Both the position numbers and the translations under genes were made by a program. A stretch of 64,000 nt of DNA from Leucoraja ocellata (taxonomy: Eukaryota). A model generated the notes under the pieces. That model saw only the letters and a program-made list of their open reading frames with translations. It ran no database searches and was not told the DNA's origin. Location: contig JAWMAR010000424.1 in assembly GCA_036785375.1 (NCBI GenBank), forward strand, positions 558,001 through 622,000, given 5' to 3'. Positions within the stretch are counted from its first letter, which is position 1. The number at the start of each line of letters is the position of its first letter. Below are positions 1 to 13,829 of this stretch, in pieces.

Positions 1-964
1 CTCTCCTTTCCAATATGCAGCAGCAGGATTTACTTTATTGCCTGTTCAGATCTGCTCTGATCAGCGACAACCTCTTCCCCCCCCCACCGCACTATCCTAC
101 ACATTACGGACAATTTACAATCTTACCAAAGCCAATTAACTTTCAAACCTGCACGTCTTGGATTGTGGGATGAAACCGGAGCACCGAGAGAAACCAACAC
201 AGGTCACAGGGAGAAAGTACAAACTCTGTATATACAGCACTTGTATACACAGCACGATTGATCCCAGGCTTTTGGCGCTGTAAGGCTGCAACTCTACTGC
301 TGTGCCACTATGCTGCATCTAAAACTAACTATCACACACCACTCTTCTGTATGTGTGGGTGAGTCGAGTCAGAAATTGAGGTGTGAATAGTCCTGTAAAC
401 CCTTGAGTTATTTCTGATTGCAGCAGGTCATGGAATCACTAATTGGAATTCCTATGCCTTTAATTAAAGGGGATATAAATTGCACAATTATGGTTTCAAT
501 GTATTTAATAACTGTCCCCCCCCCGCCCCTTCCACCAAAATTCCTCCCTCCATGTTACATTTCACTCCTCCCCTTCTCTCCTTATCTGACATATTTTGTC
601 TCCTTATCACCTCTAGCCTTTTGTCCACCCATCCTCAAATCAGTAAAAATCCCTCCTCACCTACCACTTTGTCCAACCCCCATTTTCTTATCATCTTTCC
701 CCCACTACAATCAGACTGAATGAAGGTCCAGACCCGAAACGTCACCTATCCATGTTCTCCAGAGAAGCTGCTGAGTTACTCCAGCACTTTGTGTTCTACA
801 CAACATTTTGGCATCTGCAGTTCCTCGTGTCGCCTCTTTAAAATCCTGTCCACGTCTATTGTTATTTACTATTGGCAAAAATGAAGGAGTCTGCAAATAA
901 AGAAGGTTATTTCACGTGGCATGGTGTTTGTGGATATGCTGATTCTTAGTGTTTTACATTCCAG

Positions 965-1078
965 AACCTGTGGAATATTCGTCAACAGGGGCTATTCTTG
1001 GAGTTTTATTTGCTGGAATTATTCTATGCGCACTAATTGCCTTTGGACTCTATGTTTACTTCGTGAAATACAAACCAG
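965..1078 (+). CDS. Gene A: transmembrane exon (EPVEYSSTGAILGVLFAGIILCALIAFGLYVYFVKYKP)
   Basis: Read by hand; too short for the ORF track. Boundaries ccag|AACCTG ... AAACCAG|gtaatt, 114 nt, phase 1-1. Encodes a ~25-residue hydrophobic helix with acidic residues before it and KYK after it. Confidence 0.88.
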
Positions 1079-1106
1079 GTAATTTGACAAATGGAGAATG
1101 TTCCTC

Positions 1107-1336
1107 AATGCGTTCAGAGTAAAGGGGGCTGAATACTTTTGCACGCCACACTTTTCAGTTTTTTATTTGTAAAAAAATTTGAAAACCATGTATCATTTTC
1201 CTTCCACTTCCCAATTATGCGCCACTTTGTGTTGGTCTATCACATAAAATCCCAATAAAATACATTTACGTTTGTGGTTTTAACATGACAAAATGTGGAA
1301 AAGGTCAAGGGGTATGAATACTTTTGCAAGCCACTG
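1107..1336. mobile_element. Tc1/mariner terminal fragment (IR/DR end)
   Basis: Direct repeats GAATACTTTTGCA(C/A)GCCAC at about 1131 and 1316; ends CACTG followed by TA. Confidence 0.6.
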
Positions 1337-3119
1337 TATGTGAAGTGAAAAGGATTAGTTAAAACAAATGTAGGTCCCCTTGCAGTCAGAAACAGGTGAA
1401 TTGATCATGGGGAACAAGGACATGGCAGACCAATTGAATAACTACTTTGGTTCTGTCTTCATTAAGGAAGACATAAATAATCAGCCGGAAATAGCAGGGG
1501 ACCGGGGGTCAAATGAGATGGAGGAACTGTGAAATCTAGGTTAGCTGGGAAGTGGTGTTAGGTAAATTGAATGGATTAAAGGCCGATAAATCCCCATGGC
1601 CAGATAGGCTGCATCCCATAGTACTTAAGGAAGTAGCCCCAGAAATAGTGGATGCATTAGTGATAATTTTTCAAAACTCTTTAGATTCTGGAGTAGTTCC
1701 TGAGGATTGGAGGCTAATGTAACCCCCCCTTTTTAAAAAGGGAGGGAGAGAGAAAACGGGGAATTACAGACCAGTTAGTCTAACATCGGTAGTGGGGAAA
1801 CTGCTAGTCGGTTATTAAAGATGGGATAGCAGCACATTTGGAAAGTGGTGAAATCATTGGACAAAGTCAGCATGGATTTATGAAAGATAAATCATGTCTG
1901 ACGAATCTTATTGAATGGATAAGGGAGAATCAGTGGATGTGTTATATCTGGACTTTCAGAAGGCTTTCGACAAGGTCCCACATAAGAGATTAGTATACAA
2001 ACTTAAAGCACACGGAATTGATGTGGATAGAGAACTGGCTGGCAGACAGGAAGCAGAGTAGGAGTAAACGGGTCCTTTTCAGAATGGCAGGTAGTGACTA
2101 GTGGGGTACTGCAAGGCTCAGTGCTGGGACCCCAGCTATTTACAATATATATTAATGATTTGGATGAAGGAATTGAATGCAACATCTCCATGTTTGCGGA
2201 TGACACAAAGCTGGGGGGCAGTGTTAGGTGTGAGGAGGATGCTAGGAGGCTGCAAGTTGACTTGGATAGGCTGGGTGTGTGGGCAAATGCATGGCAGATG
2301 CAGTATAATGTGGATAAATGTGAGCTTATCCACTTTGCCGGCAAGAACAGGAAAGTACACTATTATCTGAATGGTGGCTGATTTGGAAAAGGGGAGATGC
2401 AACGAGACCTGGGTGTCATGGTACACCAGTCATTGAAGTAGGCATGCAGGTGCAGCAGCAGTGAAGAAAGCGAATCATATGTTAACATTCATAGCAAAAT
2501 GATTTGAGTATAGGAGCAGGGAGGTTCTACTGCAGTTGGACAGGGCCTTGGTGAGACCACACCTGGAGTATTGCGTACAGTTTTGGTCTCCTAATCTGAG
2601 CGAAGACATTCTTGCCATAGAGGGTGTACAGAGAAGGTTCACCAGACTGATTCCTGGGATGTCAGGACTTTCATATGAAGAAAGACTGGATGGACCCGGC
2701 TTGTACTCGCTAGAATTTAGAAGATTGAGGGGGATCTTATAGAAACTTACAAAATTCTTAAGGGGTTGGACAGGCAAGATGCAGGAAGATTGTTCCCGAT
2801 GTTGGGGAAGTCTAGAACAAGGGGTCACAGTTTAAGGATAAGGGGGAAATCTTTTAAGACCGAGAAGAGAAAAAACATTTTGCACACTGAGATTGGTGAA
2901 TCTCTGGAATTCTCTGCCACAGAAGGAAGTTGAGGCCAGTTCATTGGCTATATTTAAGAGGGAGTTAGATGTGGCCCTTGTGGCTATAGGTATCAGGGGG
3001 TATGGAGAGAAGGCAGGTACAGGATACCGAGTTGGATGATCAGTCATGATCATATTGAATGGCGGTGGAGGCTCGAAGGGCCGAATGGCCTACTCCTGCA
3101 CCTATTTTCCATGTTTCTA
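1337..3119 (+). mobile_element. CR1 LINE, 5'-truncated and degenerate
   Basis: RT motifs [35 protein letters not shown]; frameshifted. Confidence 0.9.
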
Positions 3120-3169
3120 CGTCAGGATTGAACTCGGGTGTCTGGTGGTGTGAAGTAGCAGTTTTGGCG

Positions 3170-5680
3170 CCAACTCTCAGACACCTCCTCCTACTTATCC
3201 CTGGACCATGAACCCACCTACAAGCACTAGGCCACTATCTCTAGCACCATCACTGACTTCATAACTCCCTGTCCCTGCCACCCCCACGAGCCTCTAACCT
3301 CATTCTTCCCCGGCTCGGCACGGCCCGATTTTACCTTCTCCCCAAAATCCACAAGCCTGACTGTCCTGGTAGACCCATTGTCTCTGCCAGTTGGTGCCCT
3401 ACCAAACTTATTTCCACATACCTCGACTCCATCCTATCCCTCCCCCCCCCCCGGTTAATTCCCTCCCTACCTATGTTCAAGACAGCTCAGGCACTCTCCG
3501 TCGTCTCCACGCATTCCTTTCTCTAGGCCCTCACCCCCTCATCTTCACCATGGACGTCCAGTCACTCTACACCTCCATCCCCCACCAGGATGGTCTCAAA
3601 GCCGTTTCTTCCTCGACCGGAGAACCAACCAATCCCCGTCCACTGATACTCTCCTCCGCCTAGCGGAGCTGGTCCTTACCCTTAATAACTTTTCGTTTGA
3701 CACCTCTAATTTACTCCAAATACAAGGCGTAGCTATGGGCACGCGCATGGGCCCAGCTATGCCTGCCTCTTTGTAGGGTACGTCGAACAATCCTTGTCGA
3801 GACGTATCATGGCCCCATCTCCGACCTCTACCTCCGCTACATCGACGATTGCGTTGGTACTACCTCCTGCACCCACATGTAACTTCATCAACTTTGCCAC
3901 TAACTTCCATCCGGCACTTATGTACACCTGGACATTTACCGACACTCCCTACCATTTCTTGACCTCGTTTTCTCCGTCGCAGGTGATAGACTTTTGACTT
4001 ACATGCATTATAAACCCACTGACTCCCATGGCTATCTAGACTACACTTCTTCCCACCCAGCGTCCTGTAAGGACTCCAGCCCCCCAACTCCCACAATTCC
4101 TCCGTCTACACCGCATCTGCTCCCAGGATGAGGTGTTCCACACCAGGGCATCGGAAATTCTTCAGGGAACGGGGATTCCCCTTTTCTACTATAGTTGAGG
4201 CTCTCACGAGGGTCCTCTCCAATACCCCGCAACACTGCTCTCACTCCCCATCCCCCCCACTCGTAACAAGGCAGAGTGCCCCTAGTCCTCACCTTTCACC
4301 CCACCAGCCGTCACATACAACAAATAGTCCTCCGTCAGTTTTGCCACCTCCAACGTGACCCCACCACTCACCACATCTTCCCATCTTCCCACTCGTCTGC
4401 TTTCATAGAAATTAGGTGCAGGAGTAGGCCATTCGGCCCTTCGAGCCTGCACCGCCATTCAATATGATCATGGCTGATCATCCAACTCAGTATCCCATAC
4501 CTGCCTTCTCTCCATACCCTCTGATCCCCTTAGCCACAAGGGCCACATCTAACTCCCCTCTTAAATATAGCCAATTAACTGGCCTCGACTACCCTCTGTG
4601 GCAGAGAGTTCCAGAGATTCACCACTCTCTGTGTGAAAAAAGCTCTTCTCATCTCGGTTTTAAAGGATTTACCCCGTATCCTTAAGCTGTGACCCCTTGT
4701 CCTGGACTTCCCAACATCAGGAGCAATCTTCCTGCATCTAGCCTGTCCAACCCCTTAAGAATTTTGTTCGTTTCTATAAGATCCCCTCTCAATCTCCTAA
4801 ATTCTAGAGAGTATAAACCAAGTCTATCCAGTCTTTGTTCATAAGACAGTCCTGACATACCAGGAATCAGTCTGGTGAACCTTCTCTGTACTCCCTCTAT
4901 GGCAATAATGTCCTTCCTCAGATTTGGAGACCAAAACTGTACGCAATACTCCAGATGTGGTCTCACCAAGACCCTGTACAACTGCAAAGACCACTCCCTC
5001 CGTAACTTACTGGTCAATTCTTCCCTTCCCTCCCGTACCACCCCCTCCCCGGGCACTTTCCCTTGCAACCGCAGGAAATGTTACACGTGTCGCGTCACCT
5101 CCCCCCTCGACTCCAATCAAGGACCCAAGCAGTCTTTCCAGGTGCGACAGAGGTTTACCTGCATCTCCTCCAACCTCATCTATTGCATCCGCTGCTCTAG
5201 ATGTCAGCTGATCTACGTCGGTGAGACCAAGCGTAGGCTTGGTGATCGTTTCGCCGAACCCTCCGCTCGGTTCGCATCAACCAACCTGATCTCGCGGTGG
5301 CTCAGCACTTCAACTCCCCCTCCCATTCCAAATCTGACCTTTCTGTCCTGGGCCTCCTCCATGGCCAGAGGGTGCACCACTGGAAATTGGAGGAGCAGCA
5401 CCTCATATTCCGCTTGGGCAGTCTGCATCCTAATGGCATGAACATTGAATTCTCCAATTTCCGGGAGCCCTTGCTTTCTTCTTCCCTTCTCAGCTCTCCC
5501 TCAGCCCTCGGGCTCCTCCTCTTCCTTTCTTCTTCCCGCCCCCCCCCCCCCCCCCCCCATCCTGCATCAATCTGAAGAAGGGTTTCGGCCCAAAACCTTT
5601 CCTTTTTCCTTTGCTCCACAAATGCTGCCTCACCCGCTGAGTTCCTCCAGCACTTTTGTCTACCAAGGAACTGCAGATGC
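3170..5680 (+). mobile_element. Penelope-like element (RT plus GIY-YIG endonuclease), degenerate, with a CR1 3' fragment inserted at about 4404-4988 (-)
   Basis: TMDVQSLYTSIP, GVAMGTRMGP, YIDD and FTCISSNLIYCIRCSRCQLIYVGETKRRLGDRF (GIY-YIG) motifs. Confidence 0.85.
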
Positions 5681-5854
5681 TGGTTTACACTGAAGATAGA
5701 CACAAAATGCTTGAGCTACTTAGGGGGTCAGGCAGCATCTCTGGAGAAAAGGAATAGGCGACGTTTTAGGTCAGAGACCCTTCTTCAGACCTTTGTATCT
5801 TCAGAAAGTACATTTAGATTGCCAAGTTCTAATTACCTGCTTTGTTTTGACTAG

Positions 5855-6298
5855 TTCCTCCAAAGATCACTGGATCCAATGGACATCAAACCATGCAACA
5901 TCTTGAAAAAGAAATGGCCACTTGGTGGGTTTGTCCATTCCGACCTCGTGAAAATATAATTCGCTTATACCTAAGGAGGAAGGGGGAAATATATGACATG
6001 AGAAATACTATTTTAGATTGGGACAGCAGAAAATCTACTGAAAACAGAAATGGAAAGATCAACGGAGAGGGTCACAATGAAGCGAGCATTCTTATGAATT
6101 CAAATTATGTCAATGCATCTTTTACACCATTGGAACCCAAATATGACACTGATGCAGATGGGTTTTCCAGTGTGATGATCAATGTGGAAATATATCCAGA
6201 TGTTAACCAGGATGCAGGGGCTGAATTAACCATTGAAGTTCAACATAAATCACTGAAACAGCCGATATCAAACACTTTGATACTGGATGTTAAAGGAG
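5855..6298 (+). CDS. Gene A: post-TM Ig C1-like domain 1 (both canonical Cys lost; long internal insertion)
   Basis: ctag|TTCCTCCAAAG ... GGAG|gtaaag, 444 nt, phase 1-1, in frame with ORF 5893-6309. Motifs VPPKI, TWWVCPFRP (vs CxVxGFxP), DGFSSV, LTIEVQHKSLKQPI (vs YxCxVxHxSLxxP). Confidence 0.85.
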
Positions 6299-7601
6299 GT
6301 AAAGTATAAATGTTTTCTTTAATCATTAATGTCTATATATTGTGATTTCATTCTGAATGTCTTCAGAGTCATAGAGTGTACAGCGTAGGAACAGGCCCTT
6401 CAGCCCAACTTGCCCAAGCCGACCAACTTTGTCCCATCTGCCTGCGTTGGGTCCATATCCCTCTAAACCTGTTCTATCCATGTACCTGCCTAAATATGTC
6501 TTAAAAATTGTGATAGTACCTACCTCAACTATCTCGTCTGGCAGCTTGTTCCATACACTCACCATCTTTGTATGAAAAGGTTACCCCTCAGATTCCGATA
6601 AAATCTTTCCACCCTCCTCATCTTAAATCTATGTCCTCTGGTCCTCGATTCACCTACTCTGGGCAAAAGACTGTGCATCTACCCGATCTATTCCTCTGAT
6701 GATCTTCTACACCTCTATTTGATCACTCTCATCGTCCTGCGCTCCAAGGAATAGAGTCCTAGCCTGCTCAACCTCTCCCTATAGCTCAGGCCCTCGGGTC
6801 CTGGCAACATCCTCGTAAATCTTCTCTGCACCCTTTCCAGCTTGACAACATCTTTCTTGTAACAAGTTGTCCAAAACTGAACACAATACTCAGTATTTCA
6901 ATCAATACTCATTGAAATAAATGCGTGATTATGCGTTCATATTAACATCTATAATTTGTAACATTGATGTGTTTTATGAAATGAGAGCGTGGAACAGCAC
7001 AACACAGGAACGGCCCCTTTGGCCGACAATGTCCATGTTGAACATGATGCCAAGATAAACTAATCTCTGCTGCTTGCACGCAATCCATGTCCCTCCATTC
7101 CCTGCATATTCATGTGCCTATCTATAACCATATAACAATTACAGCACGGAAACAGGCCATCTCGGCCCTACAAGTCCATGCCGAACAATTTTTTTTTCCC
7201 CTTAGTCCCACCTGCCTGCACTTATACCATAACCCTCCATTCCCTTCTCATCCATATGCCTATCCAATTTATTTTTAAATGATACCATCTAATAGCTTCT
7301 TAAACACCACCATTGTATCTACCTCCACCACCATCCCTGGCAACGTGTTCCACGCTGTGTTTAACAATGAACTTTGCCCCTCACCTCTCCTTTAAACTTT
7401 GCCACTGTAATCTTAAAGCTATGCCCTCCAGTCTTTGACATTTCTACCTTGGGAAAAATATTCTGACTGCCTACCTTTTATCATGTATGCCTCGATGGGC
7501 CGAAGGGCCTGTTTCCACGTTGTACCTCTAAACTTAACTAAATTATATCAGGACCATTCTCTGGTTGGTAATAGGATGTTCAATTGTCTGATGACAACTA
7601 A

Positions 7602-9563
7602 TACATAGACAATAGGTGCAGGAGTAGGCCATTCGGCCCTTCGAGCCTGCAACGCCATTCAATATAATCATGGCTGATCATCCAACTCAGTATCCTGTAC
7701 CTGCCTTCTCTCCATACCCCCTGATCCCTTTAGCCACAAGGGTCACATCTAACACCCTCTTAAATATAGCCAATGAACTGGCCTCAACTACCTTCTGTGG
7801 CAGAGATTCACTACTCTGTGAAAAATATTTTTCTCATCTCAGTCCTAAAAGACTTCCCCTTTATCCTTAAACTGTGACACCTTGTTCTGGACTTCCCCAA
7901 CATCGGGAACAATCTTCCTGCATCTAGCCTGTCCAACCCCTTAAGAATTTTGTACGTTTCTATAAGATCCCCCCTCAATCTTTTAAATTATAGCGAGTAC
8001 AAGCCGAGTCTATCCAGTCTTTCTTCATATGAAAGTCCTGACATCCCAGGAATCAGTCTGGTGAATCTTCTCTGCACTCCCTCTATGACAAGAATGTCAT
8101 TCCTCAGATTAGGAGACCAAAACTGTACCCAATACTCCAAGTGTGGTCTCACCAAAAACCTGTACAACTGCAGTAGAACCTCCCTGCTCTTATACTCAAA
8201 GCCTGTTGCTATGAATGCTAACATACCATTCGCTTTCTTCACTGCCTGCTGCACCTGCATGCCTACTTTCAATGACTGGTGTACCATGACACCCAGGTCT
8301 CGTTGCATCTCCCCTTTTCCTAATCGGCCACCATTCAGATAATAGCCTACTTTCTTGCTTTTGCCACCAAAGTGGATAACCTCACATTTATCCACATTAT
8401 ACTGCATCTGCCATCCATTTGCCCACTCACCCAACCAATCCAAGTCACCTTGCAGCCTCCTAGCATCCTCCTCACAGCTAACACTGCCCCCCAGCTTCAT
8501 CCGCAAACATGGAGATGTTGCATTCAATTCCCTCGTCCAAATCATTAATATATATTGTAAATAGCTGGGGTCCCAGCACCGAGCCTTGCGCTACCCCACT
8601 AGTCACTGCCTGCCATTCTGAAAAGGAACCGTTTACTCCTACTCTTTGCTTCCTGTCTGCCAGCCAGTTCTCTATCCACATCAATACTGAACCCCCAATA
8701 CCGTGTGCTTTAAATTTGCATACTAATCTCTTATGTGAGACCTTGCCGAAAGCCTTCTGAAAGTCCAGATATAACACATCCACTGGTTCTCCCTTATCCA
8801 CTCTACTAGTTACATCCTCGAAAAATTATATAAGATTCGTCAGACATGATTTACCTTTCGTTAATCCATGCTGACTTTGTCCAATGATTTCACCACTTTC
8901 CAAATGTGCTGCTATTCCATCTTTAATAACTGACTCTAGCATTTTCCCCACTACCGATGTAAGACTAACTGGTCTGTAATTCCCCGTTTTCTCTCTCCCT
9001 CCCTTTTTAAAAAGTGGGGTTAAATTAGCTACCCCCCAATCCTCAGGAACCACTTCAGAATCTACAGAGTTTTGAAAAATTATCACTAATGCATCCACTA
9101 TTTCTGGGGGTACTTCCTTAAGTACTCTGGGATGCAGCCTATCTGGCCCTGGGGATTTATCGGCCTTTAATCCATTCAATTTACCTAACACCACTTCCCA
9201 GCTAACCTGGATTTCACTCAATTCCTCCATCTCATTTGACCCCCGGTCCCCTGCTATTTCCGGAAGATTATTTATGTCTTCCTTAGTGAAGACAGAACCA
9301 ATGTAGTTATTCAATTGGTCTGCCATGTCCTTGTTCCCCATGATCTGTGCATCTGTTTCTGACTGCAAGGGACCTACATTTGTTTTAACTAATCTTTTTC
9401 TCTTCACATATCTATAAAAACTTTTGCAGTCAGTTTTAATGTTCCCTGCCAGTTTTCTTTCATAATCTATTTTCCCTTTCCTAATTAAGCCCTTTGTCCT
9501 CGTATGCTGGACTTTGGATTTTTACCAGTCCTCTGGTAGGCTGCTTTTTCTAGCTAATTTGGA
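7602..9563 (-). mobile_element. CR1 LINE, degenerate
   Basis: ORFs 8826-9407, 8478-8801 and 7988-8545 carry CR1 RT motifs ([30 protein letters not shown]). Confidence 0.92.
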
Positions 9564-9776
9564 TGCTAATACATTTGCAATGGGGCGACTAGAACTGCAC
9601 GCATTACTCCAACTGTTGCCTAACCAAAGTCTGCAGACATGCAACATGACCGTAACTCTTTTAGGAGATTCTCTCATCAGTCGACTCAAAGTCACGGAAA
9701 ATTCACACAGTAATGTAATATATTCTTGCTTTTGTGAATTCCAACTAGTTGATTTGTTTGTTTTCTTTTCTCAAAG

Positions 9777-10154
9777 TGCCACCCAAGGTTTCAAACATCT
9801 TCAAACCCTCCTGCATCATTCACAATGAATCTACATCTTTGATCTGTTCAATCACTGGGTTTAAACCGAGACCTTTACGTATCACGTGGCAACGAAAGAG
9901 AAAGAACATGGAGGCAGAAGAAATAGTTCGAATGGAGGAGGACAACAGGACAACTATTCACGGTGGTGACGGGGAGATGTCCACATATAAACATTACATC
10001 AGTGAGATGAAGCATGATGATGAATCCTACAGCATCACTAGTGTACTAGAGATAGTGCCTGATATACAGCAAGATCAACACTCGCTTTACACCTGTAAAG
10101 TACATCACAGCGGCACCAGTGACCAGGAGAGAGAAATCAAGTTAATGATTGCAG
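9777..10154 (+). CDS. Gene A: Ig C1-set domain 2 (both Cys present)
   Basis: tcaaag|TGCCACCC ... GCAG|gtatat, 378 nt, phase 1-1. Motifs LICSITGFKP, ITW, YSITSVL, YTCKVHH. Confidence 0.9.
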
Positions 10155-11069
10155 GTATATAATACTTCCATCTAAGCCTTGTATTGACAGAGGGTGCAGA
10201 GTGCTTACTTATTTGGAATGGTGTCTTAAATATCATACCACGACCATTAATGTACGCAGAGCTAATGTGAGAGTCCAGGACCAGACTCGGAGTAAAAGGA
10301 TATACCTTTAGAATGGAGATGAGGAGGAATTTCTTTAGTCAGAGGTTGGTGACTCGGTGGAGTTCATTGCTACAGACAGCTGTGGAAGACAAGTCATTGG
10401 GTTTTTCAAAGCGGACATTCATAGGTTCTTGATTAGTAAGAGTGTCAAAGGTTATGGGGAGAAGGCAGGAGAATGGGGTTAAGAAGGAAAAATAGATCTA
10501 CCATGATTGAATGGCGCAGTTGAGACGATGGGCTGAATGGCCTAATACTGACTTCTACACTGCCTTTTACAAGGGGAATGATTTTGAATGGTTTTGGGGG
10601 AAAAAAAACAATAATGGGATACAATTGTATTGGGGTTAATGAAGTCATTCATTTTACAAAAATTATATGTGTCTTTTTCATAGTTTTCAAAAACAAGGCC
10701 AAACGTCTAATCCTTAGTTTTGCGAATCTGCTTCTGTTTGAATATAGAAACAAGGAACTGTAGATGCTGGCGAAAGATAGACACAATGTGATGGAGTAAC
10801 TCAGCGGGTCATAGAAACTAGGTGCAGGAGGAGGCCATTCGGCCCTTCGAGCCAGCACCGCCATTCATTGTGATCATGGCTAATCGTCCCCTATCAATAA
10901 CCCGTGCCTGCCTTCTCCCCGTATCCCTGACTCCACTAGCCCGTAGAGCTCTATCTAACTCTCTCTTAAATAGGGTCAGGCAGCATCTCTGGAGAAAAGG
11001 ATGGGTGACATTTTGGGTCGGGGCCCTGCTATCTTGGCTTGTGTTTGACGTCTTGTTTTTTTATTTCAG

Positions 11070-11378
11070 TCATTCCAAAAGTGGAATTAAAGTGCCACAC
11101 AGACAAGATACTTGATGGTGTACCCATGACGATAAGCTGTCAAATAAATGCGTTTTACCCCAAAGACATCACAGTGAAATGGCTGAAAAACGATGAAGAG
11201 ATGTTGCAGAATTTCAAAGTTGCTGAGCCAGTAATTGGTCAGGACGGTCTCTATCATGTGGCAAGTGATGTGGAGATAGTCCCCACCAGGGCTGAGTCAA
11301 CAGCCAAATATACATGCCGAGTGTCCCATTCGAGCCTCACTGAGCCATTACACATTGAATGGGTTGCAGGTGAAATAG
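11070..11378 (+). CDS. Gene A: Ig C1-set domain 3 (both Cys present)
   Basis: tttcag|TCATTCCA ... ATAG|gtaggt, 309 nt, phase 1-1; an alternative in-phase donor lies at 11369. Motifs ISCQINAFYPKDITVKW, DGLYHVAS, YTCRVSHSSL. Confidence 0.92.
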
Positions 11379-12339
11379 GTAGGTATCAAAGTTTAAGCCA
11401 AGACTGCTTTCATCTGAACTTCTTAAACAGTCTTCAGTTGGTAATTCATTATGGATAGAGTGTAAGTGGAGAGGATGTTGCCGCTAGTGGGAAAGTCGAG
11501 GACCAGTGGCCACAGCCTCAGAATAAAACCACATACCTTTAAGAAGGAGACGAGGAGGAATTTCTTTAGTCAGAGGGTGGTGAATCTGTGGAATTCATTG
11601 CTGCCGATGGTGGTGAAGGTCAAATCAATGGATATTTTTAAATATTTCTTCATTAGTACGGGTGGTGGATTAGTACGGGTGTCGGGGGTTATGGGGAGAA
11701 GACAGCAGAATTGGGTTGAGAGGGAAAGATAGATCAACTATGATTGAATGGCAAATTAGACTAGATGGGCCGAATGGCCTAATTGTGCTCCTATAACTTA
11801 TGAGCGTATGAATTATCTAATGATATAGAACGTAGAACAGTACGGCACAACCGCTCGACCCACAATGTCTGACCAACACACATCTGCCTGCACATAATCC
11901 ATATCCATGTGCCTATCCAAAAATCTATTAAATGCCACTATCCTTTCTGCCTCAACCACCATCCCCGGGTAACGCGTTCCAGACACTCACCCTCTTCTAT
12001 ATTAATAAATGTGACTCACACATCTTCTTTAAAATTTGCCCCTCACATCTTAAAACTATGGCCTCTAATATTTGATTTTTCTATCCTTTTTTTTTCCAGA
12101 CAGAGGCTCTGACTGTCTACCCTATCTATGCCTCTCCCGATTTTATGTACCTCTATCAGGTCTCCCCACAATCACTGCCGTTCCAGAGAAAACCACTACA
12201 TTTATCTACTGTATTATTTTTATCCACAGTCTTTGAAAAGTGAAACACAGAGTGCTTGAGTAACCCAATTGGTCACACAGCATCTGTGGAGGGAATGGAC
12301 AGGGACTTTGTGGGTCAGAAGCCTTCTTCAGACAGATTA

Positions 12340-12932
12340 ATCTGTATGTGTGCGTGTGGCTGTTTGTGGCTNNNNNNNNNNNNNNNNNNNNNNNNNNNNN
12401 NNNNNNNNNNNNNNNNNNNNNNNNNNNNNNNNNNNNNNNNNNNNNNNNNNNNNNNNNNNNNNNNNNNNNNNNNNNNNNNNNNNNNNNNNNNNNNNNNNNN
12501 NNNNNNNNNNNNNNNNNNNNNNNNNNNNNNNNNNNNNNNNNNNNNNNNNNNNNNNNNNNNNNNNNNNNNNNNNNNTGTATGTATAGCTGTGTGTATGTGT
12601 GGCTGTGTANNNNNNNNNNNNNNNNNNNNNNNNNNNNNNNNNNNNNNNNNNNNNNNNNNNNNNNNNNNNNNNNNNNNNNNNNNNNNNNNNNNNNNNNNNN
12701 NNNNNNNNNNNNNNNNNNNNNNNNNNNNNNNNNNNNNNNNNNNNNNNNNNNNNNNNNNNNNNNNNNNNNNNNNNNNNNNNNNNNNNNNNNNNNNNNNNNN
12801 NNNNNNNNNNNTGTGTGTGTGGGTGTGTGGGGGTGTGGGGCTGTGTGTGTGTGTGGGGCTGTGTGTGTGGGTGTGTGGGGGTGTGGGGCTGTGTGTGTGG
12901 GGGTGTGGGGCTGTGTGTGTGTGTGTGGGGGG

Positions 12933-12989
<57 letters not shown>

Positions 12990-12990
12990 C
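12340..12990. repeat. (GT)n-rich microsatellite with assembly gaps
   Basis: GT/GTGGGG runs flanking N stretches. Confidence 0.9.
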
Positions 12991-13106
12991 ACCCCTGGTA
13001 TTCAGAGTGAAATCTCAAATATTATGAATATTGATGTTTGTTGTTTTGTTTATTATGTTACTTATTGAGAACTGGGTTTACGGACCTGTTATGCTGCTTC
13101 AAGTAA

Positions 13107-13758
13107 AGGGGCCGTCCCACTGCGGCAACCTAATCCGTGAGTTAAGAATAGTGCCTTCGACCTTCAAGCTCAAGGGCACTCGCCTGGAAAACTTCTAGCT
13201 TGATCGACCGCACACGCATGCGCACACACACGCACACACACACATCGCAAAGGCGGGGGCCAGGGAAAGCGGGGGAGCGCTGTCTGAAATTCACACCCGC
13301 GATGAAGTGGAAGGTAAAAGACAGTGTACGGTAAGTCCTTTAGAGAGCACGGAGGGGGAGAGAAGGAGGAGACACTTTTAAGAATTATAATAAAGTTTTG
13401 CGGGTATTAAACCTACCGGTCGGTTTTCCCTAGTCCTGAAAACTCCAATGAGTCAATCAAAATGCCCGGTCAGCGAAGGGCTGCCCTCAACTGCCTGTAA
13501 CTAAATAGCGACCCCACTCCACTGCACTACGAGTTAAAAAGATCCATGCCGACCAAATTTTACTCGCAGAACATTTTTCAACATACTGAAAAAAATTCCG
13601 CGACCTATCTGAGGCCGCGAGTATTCGGGAACTTCCCTCGAGCATGAAGGAGAGTTCCAGTGACCTCCTAGGACCACGTGCCGACCATGCTGCGTATTTG
13701 AGTTGAGGGCAAACTTGTCTAAAGTTGCAGATTAGATCGCCACAGTGGGACTGCCCCT
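13107..13758. mobile_element. PIF/Harbinger-type non-autonomous element (MITE)
   Basis: TIRs AGGGGCCGTCCCACTG ... CAGTGGGACTGCCCCT with a 3-bp TAA target duplication on both sides. Confidence 0.8.
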
Positions 13759-13829
13759 TAAGTCTTTCATTGTTCCATTTTGGTACATATGACAATTAAT
13801 CACTCTCTTAACTCTTGAAAAGCCATTCC

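Noticed and set aside
12206-13068. Long ORFs rich in HT/CV and X
   Set aside because: Artefacts of the GT microsatellite and N gaps.
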